Positions 8,527 to 18,382 of a DNA stretch of 64,000 nt are shown piece after piece (position 1 is the first letter of the stretch; every line of letters starts with the position of its first letter). The stretch is from the NCBI GenBank assembly GCA_040388415.1, contig JAZKBV010000001.1, positions 10,369-74,368 of the forward strand, in the 5' to 3' direction. The position numbers and the translations under genes were made by a program. Origin of the DNA: Patescibacteria group bacterium (lineage in GTDB: Bacteria > Patescibacteriota > Minisyncoccia > Phycocordibacterales > PALSA-1337). The notes under the pieces were generated by a model. The model worked only from the letters and a program-made list of their open reading frames with translations, had not been told where the DNA came from and did no database searches.

Positions 8527-10428
8527 ATGAAAGGAGAAACGCTCACAGAAAAAATACTCTTTGGTCTCGATGTTGTGCTTGTGGTGGTGAATATTCCGAC
8601 ACTACTTTCATTACTCTTACCATCATCGCTCCAGATTCCATACTCGTCAGGTATCTTTGCATTGCTGGCATTTCTTGGTCTCATCCCAGTCGCAGTCAGT
8701 GCTATCAAATCATTACTTGATAAGAAACTTTCAGTCGATCTTCTCGCCGCTATCGCCCTCATCTTTTCACTCCTTTCAAAGGAATGGGTCTCGGCGGCAT
8801 TCATCACGCTCATGCTGGCATTCGCGCGTCTCTTTGACCGTATTACCGAAGTCCGCGCAAAAAAGACCATCCAGAGTTTGATGAAGTATAACGTCGAGCG
8901 TGTGCACCGAAAGATCGGTGACACTATAGAAGAAGTGCATATAAGTGCTATCAAAACAGGAGATATCGTTGTTGTTGAAGCGGGCGATCGTATGCCAGTC
9001 GATGGCATCGTCGAATCAGGTGAAGCAGACGTAAATGAAGCGTCGCTTACCGGTGAAAGCGAATTGGTGCACAAGAAGATCGGTTCACGAGTGTATACCT
9101 CTACGGTAAATGAGTCTGGTTCTCTTATCGTCAAAACAGAGAAGGTGGGTGCAGATACGACCCTTTCGCGCATGATTGCTCTCGTTGAAGAAGCTGGTCG
9201 CGACAAAAATGAAGCTGAGCGCGCAGCAGACAGATTTACGCAGTGGTATATCCTCTTGTCCTTGGTCGCGGTAGTGGTTATGTATTTCTTTGGTTTATCT
9301 GCAAAAGAAATATTAGCCGTACTTCTTGTGGTCTGTGCTGACGATATCGCTGTTGCTATACCGCTCGCATTTACCGCTGCTATATCTCATGCAGCTCGTC
9401 GCGGTGTCATCGTCAAAGGCTCGAGCGTTTTTGAACAGTTGGCAAAGATGAAGTTTGTCCTGACTGATAAGACAGGTACGCTCACCAAGGGCAAGCCAAA
9501 GATCGTTGATATACGCTCATACGATTCAAGGTATTCCATAGATGAAATCGCTACCCGTTTCTTTATGGGAGCATCGGAATCAAATCACATCGTTTCAAAA
9601 GCTATGACAGAGTACGCAGTTGAACATAAGATGAAGCTCCATACGCCAGATGATTTTGAGGAAGTATCTGGTAAAGGCATCGTCTTCAAACACGATGGGT
9701 CGAATATGCTCATGGGCAGATTGTCGTTTATGCAAGAAAAAGGTTGCACTGTTGCTGAACAAATTCCAAAAGATATTATTTCAGAAAAAGATAATGGCAG
9801 AGGCGTGGCATGTCTCGCTGTCGACGGTGTCGTCGTCGGTCTCATCTCATATCAAGATGAGCTTCGCCCTCGAGTAAAAGAGATCATCAATGAGACAAAA
9901 GAGCTTGGTGTGGAGGAGTGGCACATGCTCACTGGTGACAATGAAAAGTCAGCGGCTGCTGTTTCTGCACAGATTGGCATCCGTCACTATCATGCCAATA
10001 TGACACCAGAGGGCAAAGTAGATTTCATCCGTCATTTTGAAAAGGAACACTCTGGTCGAACTACGCATGCAGGCAAAAAAACTGGAAAGGGTATCGTCGG
10101 CTATATCGGCGATGGAGTCAATGATGCAGCTTCGCTCGCCCTCGCTGATGTTTCAATCGCTATGGGTGGTATCGGCGCAGATGCGGCTATCGAAGCATCA
10201 GATATCACTATCATGAAAGATCATCTCGATCGTTTGCCAGAGACGATGAAGATAGCGCGCAAGGTTCGAAGTGTCATGAAAGGAAACTTTTGGATATGGG
10301 GTATCACCAATATTATCGGCCTTGGCCTAGTAGCTTTTGGCGTCATTGGTCCTGCCGGCGCTGCAACGTACAACTTTCTGACAGATTTTATACCTATCGT
10401 CAACGCTCTCAGGGCAGGGAGGAAGTAG
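8527..10428 (+). CDS. P-type cation-transporting ATPase, P1B-like core without N-terminal metal-binding domain; TM6 motif CAD instead of CPC
   Basis: DKTGTLT phosphorylation motif and the GDGVNDAASLALADVSIAMG hinge are present. I chose the ATG at 8527 (MKGETL) over the upstream TTG-rich extension. Confidence 0.85.
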   Translation: MKGETLTEKILFGLDVVLVVVNIPTLLSLLLPSSLQIPYSSGIFALLAFLGLIPVAVSAIKSLLDKKLSVDLLAAIALIFSLLSKEWVSAAFITLMLAFARLFDRITEVRAKKTIQSLMKYNVERVHRKIGDTIEEVHISAIKTGDIVVVEAGDRMPVDGIVESGEADVNEASLTGESELVHKKIGSRVYTSTVNESGSLIVKTEKVGADTTLSRMIALVEEAGRDKNEAERAADRFTQWYILLSLVAVVVMYFFGLSAKEILAVLLVVCADDIAVAIPLAFTAAISHAARRGVIVKGSSVFEQLAKMKFVLTDKTGTLTKGKPKIVDIRSYDSRYSIDEIATRFFMGASESNHIVSKAMTEYAVEHKMKLHTPDDFEEVSGKGIVFKHDGSNMLMGRLSFMQEKGCTVAEQIPKDIISEKDNGRGVACLAVDGVVVGLISYQDELRPRVKEIINETKELGVEEWHMLTGDNEKSAAAVSAQIGIRHYHANMTPEGKVDFIRHFEKEHSGRTTHAGKKTGKGIVGYIGDGVNDAASLALADVSIAMGGIGADAAIEASDITIMKDHLDRLPETMKIARKVRSVMKGNFWIWGITNIIGLGLVAFGVIGPAGAATYNFLTDFIPIVNALRAGRK

Positions 10429-10489
10429 GGTATAATTAAGGCATTATAAAAGGTCAATTTTAATATTACGTATTCGTACGTACACGCAT

Positions 10490-10879
10490 ATGGCACTTGT
10501 ATTTCTTATCGCCCGTATCGTTCTTGGTTTGTACTGGCTAGAGACAGCATATAAACACCTTTTCAAATCAGCTGGCCTCATCGGCTACGCTCAGATGAAA
10601 GGGGTGAAAGCAGCAAAGGTTGCAGTCATGGGTTCAGGTATCCTCGCTCTTCTCGGCGGACTTTCGATCCTCCTCGGCGTTCGTCCTCACTATGGCATCG
10701 TGCTCCTCGTTATTTTCCTCGTCGGTGTATCTTTCAAGATGCATACCTACTGGAAGATCGAAGATCCTATGCAAAAGATGAATGAGCGCATCAACTTCAT
10801 GAAGAACATCGCTCTCGCTGCTGCTATCCTTGCTCTTGCACAGGTCGCTCAGCCTTGGGTATATGGTTTGAATTGGTAG
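10490..10879 (+). CDS. DoxX-like small membrane protein
   Basis: It is a 129 aa protein with four hydrophobic helices and a DoxX-like pattern. Confidence 0.5.
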   Translation: MALVFLIARIVLGLYWLETAYKHLFKSAGLIGYAQMKGVKAAKVAVMGSGILALLGGLSILLGVRPHYGIVLLVIFLVGVSFKMHTYWKIEDPMQKMNERINFMKNIALAAAILALAQVAQPWVYGLNW

Positions 10880-10914
10880 TAGTCAGATTTTAATAAGGCC
10901 ATTTTATACCATTA

Positions 10915-10943
10915 TTGACGTATAGTGTCAGTAGTGGTATAAC
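10915..10943 (+). promoter_or_regulatory. Sigma70-like promoter TTGACG-N17-TATAAC
   Basis: The hexamers are near-consensus and sit about 75 nt upstream of the ORF at 11018. Confidence 0.35.
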
Positions 10944-11017
10944 TGCATACGTAAGATCATTGAATGCTGTGGCGAAGAGTCCAGCAACATAAACAACGAT
11001 AAAGAAAGGATGACACC

Positions 11018-11638
11018 ATGACACAGATCATGACTGCACCCGAAATGATGACCGACGCCCAAATCGAAAACGCCGTCAACAAACTCCGCGATGCGATGCG
11101 CAAGCATCGTTCTGAGATCACTTCGAACACTGCTCAGCATGTTCTCGGTATCAAGAACCTCGGAACGATAATGTTCGCACCCTTCCGCGAACGCGCTCTC
11201 GCAGTTTCGAACATCATCGTCCGCAAGGTCACAGTGAATCGCGGTCGTTCCCAGCAAGAGGCGCTCTATACTACTGGTTGCGCGCAATACGTGGACCGCA
11301 AAGTCGTGGACAGCATGCCGAAAGGTGAGGGCGATGAAGTCGAGGTTATGTTTTTCAAACCCGACCTCTCGCAACGCAACGGTTTTATCTCCGATGACGA
11401 CCTTAAAAGAGAGTTTGAGCTGCGCGGCCTCAAGCCCGCTGACCCGATCTCTGTCGCTGCTGTGAATGAAGCCGATCCTTCCTTCGTTAATAAGAGGCCT
11501 CACGGCACTTATTGGAAGGATATCAAAGGTGACTTGTGCTACGCCACGTTTGATCATACCGACGAGCGTCGTGTGCGCGTCAAAAGTGGCGACCGTGGTT
11601 GGAGTGACTATTGGTGGTTCGCTGGTCTTCGCAAGTAG
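11018..11638 (+). CDS. Hypothetical protein (compositionally GC-richer, stand-alone transcription unit)
   Basis: It is a 206 aa ORF bracketed by a promoter-like site and a clear terminator. I prefer it over the overlapping antisense ORF at 10928..11557. Confidence 0.5.
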   Translation: MTQIMTAPEMMTDAQIENAVNKLRDAMRKHRSEITSNTAQHVLGIKNLGTIMFAPFRERALAVSNIIVRKVTVNRGRSQQEALYTTGCAQYVDRKVVDSMPKGEGDEVEVMFFKPDLSQRNGFISDDDLKREFELRGLKPADPISVAAVNEADPSFVNKRPHGTYWKDIKGDLCYATFDHTDERRVRVKSGDRGWSDYWWFAGLRK

Positions 11639-11658
11639 TTCTCAATACTACGTTCTCA

Positions 11659-11691
11659 GACCCTGCATGTCTTTATGTGCAGGGTTTTTTT
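11659..11691 (+). terminator. Rho-independent terminator
   Basis: The stem ACCCTGCA...TGCAGGGT is followed by TTTTTTT. Confidence 0.55.
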
Positions 11692-12361
11692 ATTGAGTAG
11701 AAACTATTTTTATAAAACTTTCGCAGTAGTTAGCGTCTCGACCACTAACAGGTTTTACTTTGACACCTATTGTGGCTGGTTGATCAGGTGTTGAATTGAT
11801 TATTGTCGTCTTGGTAAGATTTTCTAGATCAGACAAATCAATGTTAAGTGTGAGATTATTTTTGTCGATTTTATTTACGGTATTGCCACTAGCCAGCATA
11901 TCTTTAAATAATTTAATGAGAGCACTGTCACCACCAGTGATATTGAAGATTGAGCAGGTCGTAGTTGCAGGTAATGGGTCTCGACTTGGGTCATAATCAA
12001 ACGGATACATGACCACTTCGCGCGTCGAGTAATATCCGTTAAGAAGATACACCTCCTTGCCTGTACCGATCGGGTATGAATCATGAGCCGATGAGCATGA
12101 TATTTTCGATGACCCATCAGTACTCATAACGGCGACCGGGATCAAATCTGCGGGGCATCCAAAATTATCTGGCGAAGTTGTCGCTGTTAGATCAAGACCA
12201 AGTTTAATTTTAAGGGGAGCCAGTCCGCCCTTATTCATTGCAAATGCAGGAATAATCTCTGTTGTTACAGGCTTTCGAAAATTATGACTGAGTGAGACTG
12301 CGAGTGCGACTGAAAGCAGTCCAATAATGACGAGTAAATATATGAGAAGTTTCTTGTTCAT
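11690..12361 (-). CDS. Hypothetical secreted/lipoprotein-like protein
   Basis: It has the N-terminal signal peptide MNKKLLIYLLVIIGLLSVALA and no recognisable domain. Confidence 0.5.
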   Translation of the reverse strand: MNKKLLIYLLVIIGLLSVALAVSLSHNFRKPVTTEIIPAFAMNKGGLAPLKIKLGLDLTATTSPDNFGCPADLIPVAVMSTDGSSKISCSSAHDSYPIGTGKEVYLLNGYYSTREVVMYPFDYDPSRDPLPATTTCSIFNITGGDSALIKLFKDMLASGNTVNKIDKNNLTLNIDLSDLENLTKTTIINSTPDQPATIGVKVKPVSGRDANYCESFIKIVSTQ

Positions 12362-12431
12362 GGGCTCATGCTAACAAATAGGGCGTGTTTTGTTAAATCT
12401 TCACATGTATTTTATATGTTAAAATATTCCC

Positions 12432-14141
12432 ATGTTCGACCCAAAAAAACTTTCAAAACTAATAGAAGGGGACGTTAGTACAAGCGAGTACAATCTTGAT
12501 AAAGCCAGTCACGACGCTTCGCTCTTCGAAGTGCGTCCAACGGTAGTTGTCTCGCCAAAAAATGTGGCTGACGTAGAGAAGCTGGTCCGCTACGTTGCCG
12601 ATGAAGCTCTTCATCGATCAAATTCATCGACACAAGAACCAAAGCTTACGCTCACTGCGCGTTCAGCAGGCACGGATATGTCAGGAGGACCACTGACCGA
12701 ATCGATCGTTGTTGACTTCACCAAAAATTTCAATCATATAAAAGGGGTCACAGAAAAAAATCTTGACCCTATCCTTGGCATAGAAATCAGTGGTTTTGCG
12801 GTGACTGAGCCAGGAGTATACTATCGTGATTTTGACAAAGCCACTCTCGCGGCAGGTGGACAGATCATGCCGAGCTATCCTGCTTCACGCGAGCTGTGTA
12901 CGGTGGGTGGAATGGCTGCAAATAACTCTGGTGGAGAAAAGACGCTGACCTATGGCAAGACTGAACGATACGTACGCCGTCTCAACATGGTCACGGCTGA
13001 CGGCAAAGAGCACATGTTCCAACCTCTCACTATGCATCAGTTGGAGCAAGCAAAGAAATTTCCTTCATTTGAAAGTGACATATACCGCAAGATGCACGAA
13101 CTCCTCGAAAAAAATTACGACCTTTTACAAAAAGCAAAGCCGATCGTTTCAAAGAATTCGAGTGGATATTTTCTCTGGAATGTCTGGGATAAAGAGAAGG
13201 GCATATTTGACCTGACAAAAATGATCGTTGGCTCACAGGGCACGCTTGGCCTCGTCACTGAGATCGAATTCGCTCTCGTAAAGCCAAAGAAGTTTTCTCA
13301 TATGGTCGTGGTCTTCCTCAAGGATTTGGCACAGCTTGCGCCGACCGCGACGCATATTATGGAGTTTAAGCCAGAGAGCTTTGAATCATATGATGATCAT
13401 ACATTCAAGGTTGCTCTTAAATTCCTTCCGTCACTCATCAAGAGAATGAAAGGCAATATCATTTCACTTGGCTTCCAGTTCATCCCTGAGATGCTCGCCG
13501 TCATCCGCGGTGGTGTGCCAAAGATGGTCCTCATGGCAGAGTTCACTGCAGATACCGACGAAGAAGCGCTCCGTCTCGCTGTTGCTGCACATGACTCGCT
13601 CAAAGTTATCCACGAAAAGTCACTCGTCACCAAAACTGCTCGCCAGTCGAACAAGTACTGGATCATCCGCCGTGAAAGTTTCAATATGCTACGTCAGCAT
13701 GTCAAAGGTCTCCGCACCGCTCCCTTCATCGATGACTTCGTCGTGCCACCAGAGACATTGCCGAAGTTTCTTCCACGCTTGTATGCCATCCTCGGTCAGT
13801 ATGAGCATGATATTACCTACACTATTGCTGGGCATGTCGGTGACGGCAATTTCCACATCATTCCGCTCATGAATCTGAACGATCCAAAGTCGCACACTAT
13901 CATCGAAGATCTGTCGGTCAAAGTCTATAAGCTCGTCCATGAGTTCAATGGTTCGATTAGCGGTGAACACAATGATGGCATCATCCGCACACCGTTCGTG
14001 AAGATGCAGTATGGCGAAGAAGTTTACAAGCTCTTTGAAGAGGTAAAGAAAATCTGGGATCCGCAGGGCATATTTAATCCTGGCAAGAAAGTGGGAGGCA
14101 CGCTTGAGTATGCATTCAAGCATCTGGTCAAAAATTCTTAG
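12432..14141 (+). CDS. FAD-binding oxidoreductase (FAD-linked oxidase/GlcD-like dehydrogenase)
   Basis: It has an FAD_binding_4 type N-terminus (RSAGTDMSGGPL) and the C-terminal motif GEHNDG found in the FAD-oxidase C-terminal domain. Confidence 0.75.
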   Translation: MFDPKKLSKLIEGDVSTSEYNLDKASHDASLFEVRPTVVVSPKNVADVEKLVRYVADEALHRSNSSTQEPKLTLTARSAGTDMSGGPLTESIVVDFTKNFNHIKGVTEKNLDPILGIEISGFAVTEPGVYYRDFDKATLAAGGQIMPSYPASRELCTVGGMAANNSGGEKTLTYGKTERYVRRLNMVTADGKEHMFQPLTMHQLEQAKKFPSFESDIYRKMHELLEKNYDLLQKAKPIVSKNSSGYFLWNVWDKEKGIFDLTKMIVGSQGTLGLVTEIEFALVKPKKFSHMVVVFLKDLAQLAPTATHIMEFKPESFESYDDHTFKVALKFLPSLIKRMKGNIISLGFQFIPEMLAVIRGGVPKMVLMAEFTADTDEEALRLAVAAHDSLKVIHEKSLVTKTARQSNKYWIIRRESFNMLRQHVKGLRTAPFIDDFVVPPETLPKFLPRLYAILGQYEHDITYTIAGHVGDGNFHIIPLMNLNDPKSHTIIEDLSVKVYKLVHEFNGSISGEHNDGIIRTPFVKMQYGEEVYKLFEEVKKIWDPQGIFNPGKKVGGTLEYAFKHLVKNS

Positions 14142-14183
14142 GCTAAGACGTCATAAATTATCAAGTCATCCGTCAACATACAT

Positions 14184-14990
14184 ATGTCATCAGCTATAAC
14201 AGTAAAAAATCTCACCAAAACCTTCAAGGGCGGTTTTGAAGCCGTAAAAAACGTCTCTTTTGATGTTCCAGCCGGTAGCACCTTTGCGTTTCTCGGTCCC
14301 AATGGAGCAGGCAAGACGACGACGATCCGCATGCTCACGACACTCCTCGCTCCGACATCTGGCTCAATCATGATCAATGGTTTTGATCCGACCAAAGACC
14401 CGCATATGGTTCGCAAATCATGCGGCATTGTCTTTCAGGACGCGAGCCTCGACGATGATCTGACTGCATACGAGAACATGTCTTTCCATGCAGGCATCTT
14501 TGGTGTGCCAAAAAATGAAGCAAAGGCGCGCATCGAAGAGCTTTTGAGATTTGTTGAGCTCTGGGATCGCAAGGATGATTTCGTCAAAGCTTTTTCTGGT
14601 GGTATGAAGCGCCGTCTTGAGATCGCACGCGGTCTCCTGCACACGCCTGCAGTCTTGTTCCTCGATGAGCCGACGGTCGGCCTTGATCCTCAGACACGCA
14701 ATCATATCTGGTCATATATCAAGAAGCTCAATACTGAAAAGGGTTTGACCGTTTTCTTCACTACTCACTATATGGATGAAGTTGAGCGCGTTGCCGACCA
14801 TGTAGTCGTCATCGATCATGGAGGCATGGTGGCGAGCGATACAGTACAAGGCATCATTGCGAAAAACGGCGGAACTTCGCTTGAAGATGCTTTTATCAAG
14901 CTCACAGGCCATGATATCCGCGAAGAAAGCGTTGATGCTACGGATCATCTCCGGTCGATGCGCAAGATGTTTGGCGGCAGTAAAAAATAA
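14184..14990 (+). CDS. ABC transporter ATP-binding protein (ABC-2/DrrA-like exporter)
   Basis: Walker A GPNGAGKTT, signature FSGGMKRRLEIARGL and Walker B LFLDEPTVGLD are present. Confidence 0.9.
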   Translation: MSSAITVKNLTKTFKGGFEAVKNVSFDVPAGSTFAFLGPNGAGKTTTIRMLTTLLAPTSGSIMINGFDPTKDPHMVRKSCGIVFQDASLDDDLTAYENMSFHAGIFGVPKNEAKARIEELLRFVELWDRKDDFVKAFSGGMKRRLEIARGLLHTPAVLFLDEPTVGLDPQTRNHIWSYIKKLNTEKGLTVFFTTHYMDEVERVADHVVVIDHGGMVASDTVQGIIAKNGGTSLEDAFIKLTGHDIREESVDATDHLRSMRKMFGGSKK

Positions 14991-14995
14991 TATAT

Positions 14996-15754
14996 ATGAA
15001 TTCAATCACTCTCACCACGATCTATATCCTCTGGCTCAGACAGATCAAGAAATATCTTCGTTCAAAGTCGCGCATCCTCGGCTCGCTTGGTCAGCCGATT
15101 CTCTTTCTTGTAGTCCTCGGTTTTGGTCTCGGTCCTGTTTTTGAAAAGGGCGGAGGAGGGAACTATATCCAATTCCTATCACCAGGCATTATCGCCATGA
15201 GCATTCTTTTCGCTGCTGTCTTTTCGGGCATTGAGATCATTTGGGATCGTCGTTTTGGCTTCCTCAAAGAAACTCTTGTTGCACCAGTTAGCCGTACTGC
15301 AGTCATGATTGGACGCACGTTGGGTGGGGCGACTACAGCCTTTATACAAGGTGTAATCGTTCTTCTCATCACGTTCTGTGTCGGCTTCCATACAACTATC
15401 CTCGGTGCATTACTCAGTCTCGTAGTCATGTTCATCATCGCGGTTATTTTTGCGGCTCTCGGTACGATTTTCGGTTCACTTATGCAGGATATCCAGGGCT
15501 TCGGTCTTATCGTCAATCTGCTCGTCATGCCGTTGTTCTTTCTTGCAGGAGCCCTTTTTCCTCTCGACACAGCGCCTGTAGCTATTCGTATCATATCGGA
15601 TATTAACCCTCTAACATATGGGGTTGATGCTCTGAGACATGTTCTTACGGGGGCCACGCACTTTAGTCTCTGGACGGATACTCTCGTTCTTTCAGGGGTT
15701 GTGGTAGTGGGGATAGCTGTCGGCGCCTACCTATTCTCAAAGATAGAGGCGTGA
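14996..15754 (+). CDS. ABC-2 type transporter permease
   Basis: It has six predicted TM helices and lies immediately downstream of the ATPase with a 5 nt gap. Confidence 0.75.
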   Translation: MNSITLTTIYILWLRQIKKYLRSKSRILGSLGQPILFLVVLGFGLGPVFEKGGGGNYIQFLSPGIIAMSILFAAVFSGIEIIWDRRFGFLKETLVAPVSRTAVMIGRTLGGATTAFIQGVIVLLITFCVGFHTTILGALLSLVVMFIIAVIFAALGTIFGSLMQDIQGFGLIVNLLVMPLFFLAGALFPLDTAPVAIRIISDINPLTYGVDALRHVLTGATHFSLWTDTLVLSGVVVVGIAVGAYLFSKIEA

Positions 15755-15769
15755 TATAATTTTCTCTAT

Positions 15770-16120
15770 ATGGCTGAAAAACTACAACTCGTTCTTATTT
15801 TCGTGGCGGTCATCTGTGGGGTACTCTCAGCGACATATTTTTATACGTCAGCAGGCATTTTCATGAATCTCTTGAGAAAGCCGTTGCGTCTCATTTCTTC
15901 GGGAATGTTTTTGATTGCTCTCGGCGTTCTCCTCGCCGCATTCATCTCATATGAATCTCAGCAAGGGCTTGAGTTATACATGGGTAGTATTCCGCTTTCA
16001 GTATTTTTCTACATCTTGTATATTATCGGTTCTATCGTCATTGGCTTTGGCGCTCGCCAGTTCGCAACACATCCCAGTGGCAACAATGTGGTAGATGTAT
16101 CGATGAAGAGAGGGGTGTAG
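15770..16120 (+). CDS. Small membrane protein, hypothetical
   Basis: It is a 116 aa protein with three hydrophobic helices. Confidence 0.4.
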   Translation: MAEKLQLVLIFVAVICGVLSATYFYTSAGIFMNLLRKPLRLISSGMFLIALGVLLAAFISYESQQGLELYMGSIPLSVFFYILYIIGSIVIGFGARQFATHPSGNNVVDVSMKRGV

Positions 16121-16337
16121 TCCTGCAAGTATTTTTCTTTTCTTGACTCAAGAAATTATTTTGGTATGATAAGTGCTCAAGGATCGATTTTAATGTAGTA
16201 AATCCCCCAGGTCTACGGCCTTGATATTTTTGTGGAATGCAGAGGCGTTGAGGGAATAGAAAGGGGTCCCTCTAAAATCAATCTTGCTCTGCTTAAGCAG
16301 AGATTCTACAAAAGGCTTTTAATAGAGGCCTTTTGTC

Positions 16338-16712
16338 TTATCTGTCCATAACACTGAGAAAAAATAGTAGATGCATCTTTTCTCTTATAATAATAACTTT
16401 AACCACCTTTTTATTTATATTTTCTGTGAGTACATAGTATTTTATATAAGAATTTTTGGTCATTCTCATCTCATTTGAGTTAATCGTTTTTACTGTCCTT
16501 ACTATTTGAATGGCTATTTTGAGTAATTTTATCCGCCTGTACTGATCAGGAACTGTTCGTTGTTTGCCGTTTTTGAATAATAAGTGATTTAAGCCACGTT
16601 CGGTAAAATAAACTTTTTCACCATTAAAGGCAGGGCAGACTACACTACCTATCTTAAAGTATTCTTTTCTAGCATTTTCTATAAATTCCTTCTTTGTATG
16701 ATTTTGCACCAT
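16338..16712 (-). CDS. Hypothetical protein (AT-rich)
   Basis: It is a 124 aa ORF with no recognisable motif. A hairpin plus T-run lies downstream at about 16296..16330. Confidence 0.35.
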   Translation of the reverse strand: MVQNHTKKEFIENARKEYFKIGSVVCPAFNGEKVYFTERGLNHLLFKNGKQRTVPDQYRRIKLLKIAIQIVRTVKTINSNEMRMTKNSYIKYYVLTENINKKVVKVIIIREKMHLLFFLSVMDR

Positions 16713-16780
16713 ACAAGCGTACCAACCCGAAATGAAGAACTAATCAAAAAGTTCTCAAGGAACGATAAAGTTTAGCTATG

Positions 16781-17470
16781 CTACCACGGATATTTTTGTC
16801 CTTTGAACCAGAATTGTCCCGTCTCAGGTTTTGATAGGGCGAGCTTGTAGATATCATCTACAGCTTCGACAGGGAGGACTGGTGCATCGTCACCGCCCAT
16901 ATCGGTGCGCACCCAACCAGGATGAACCGAGGAGACGGTGATTCCTGTCTTTTCATGTTCCAGTCTCATTGCCAAAGTTCGCGTGTACATATTTATTGCA
17001 GCCTTGGAAATCTTGTATGCAGGATAATGGAAAGGAAAATGAGAAGTTAAAGCATCTTTCATATCAGTCTCTGTTAATGAGGCAGCTGATGATGAAGTGT
17101 TCACAATGTGCCCATCGTTTCTAATAATTTTAATTATCTGTTCAGTAAGGTCGATTGTACCAATCAGGTTAACCATTAGTGTTCTTTGCAATTTATCCAC
17201 GATTACATGAGTTTCTTCATCATCAAATAATGCTCCAGCATTGTTGTGCATGATATCTATCTGAGTGCCTGATTTTATTATCTTTTTGACGCACGTACGG
17301 ATAGATCGTGGTTTTGATAGATCTAATGTATAGACTGTCAGGTTTTCGTGTTCAAAATCAACTTTACCGTTTATCGATGTGCCGATGACTGTGTGGCCTT
17401 CTGCCAAATATTTTTCAGCCAGTGCTTTGCCGATGCCACGACTAATGCCAGTGATGAGGATGGTTTTCAT
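16781..17470 (-). CDS. SDR family oxidoreductase (short-chain dehydrogenase/reductase)
   Basis: TGISRGIG cofactor motif, NNAG and the catalytic YKISKAA (YxxxK) are present. Confidence 0.85.
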   Translation of the reverse strand: MKTILITGISRGIGKALAEKYLAEGHTVIGTSINGKVDFEHENLTVYTLDLSKPRSIRTCVKKIIKSGTQIDIMHNNAGALFDDEETHVIVDKLQRTLMVNLIGTIDLTEQIIKIIRNDGHIVNTSSSAASLTETDMKDALTSHFPFHYPAYKISKAAINMYTRTLAMRLEHEKTGITVSSVHPGWVRTDMGGDDAPVLPVEAVDDIYKLALSKPETGQFWFKGQKYPW

Positions 17471-17542
17471 GGGGGTATTTTAGCATATGTTGTCGTCTGG
17501 TTTTTAGTTGCTTTTTAGTGGGCGTAGCTATATAAATAAGCC

Positions 17543-18265
17543 ATGTCGCACGTTTTCTCTCCAATCCAAAATCATATAGTTTCTCGCCTCAAGAATGCAA
17601 AAATGTTGCGTTATAGCGAGTTACAACAAAAAGGCGTGCCGAATGACCTTTTTAATTACCACCTTCAGTTTCTTGTTAAAAAGGGTTATCTGAATAGGTC
17701 TGATGATGGATACTCTTTGTCTGAGTCTGGCGTAAAACATGTCGCTGATTTCAATCCAGCAACAGATCATGCCGGTACCGCAAATCTCTTTAAAGTAAAT
17801 GTACTTACAGTTGTATCGCGCATCCATAACAAGAAGATCCAAATTCTCAACCAGATTCGCAAGTCGAATCCTTCATATGGCAAGATTGGCGTCATGGGCG
17901 GTGTAGTAATAAAAGGGGAATCTGTAGAAGATGCGGCAGTGCGTAAGCTCAAAATTGAGACTGGCCTTGAGGCGACATTTAAACTTGTTGGTATGCAACG
18001 TCGCACGATGTATGTAAAAGGAGAGCTTTTCTCTGATGTTATCTTTCCGATTGCCTATAGCGATGAATATTTCGGTGAATTACTTGAAGACACAGAATAT
18101 GGTCACAATATGTGGGTGGACATTGACGAGGCGATCAAGAATGAATCGGCAGAATTTGATTCAATAGTTTCTCTTAAGAAAGTTCTTCAGGCGGTAAAAG
18201 ATGGTTCAATATTGAAGATGCCTTTTTTCTATGATGAAGATACGCAGAGTGGGGAGTTGGTGTAG
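17543..18265 (+). CDS. NUDIX hydrolase with N-terminal winged-helix domain
   Basis: A Nudix-box-like segment GESVEDAAVRKLKIETGLE is preceded by an HTH-like N-terminal domain of about 70 aa. Confidence 0.55.
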   Translation: MSHVFSPIQNHIVSRLKNAKMLRYSELQQKGVPNDLFNYHLQFLVKKGYLNRSDDGYSLSESGVKHVADFNPATDHAGTANLFKVNVLTVVSRIHNKKIQILNQIRKSNPSYGKIGVMGGVVIKGESVEDAAVRKLKIETGLEATFKLVGMQRRTMYVKGELFSDVIFPIAYSDEYFGELLEDTEYGHNMWVDIDEAIKNESAEFDSIVSLKKVLQAVKDGSILKMPFFYDEDTQSGELV

Positions 18266-18382
18266 TTTTAAGGCCGAAATTTTGCCGAGGGCGCCCTCGC
18301 TTTTTTTGTTATGAATAAGGGTTAAAGTTAGCTAAACGTTCTTACACATAACAGTTGCTTTGCAACACAACAAACGATTCCA

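Noticed and set aside
10928-11557. 209 aa minus-strand ORF overlapping the 11018..11638 plus-strand ORF
   Set aside because: The plus-strand ORF has a promoter-like site upstream and a clean hairpin plus T-run terminator immediately downstream. The minus-strand ORF is largely its antisense shadow and ends inside the intergenic promoter region.
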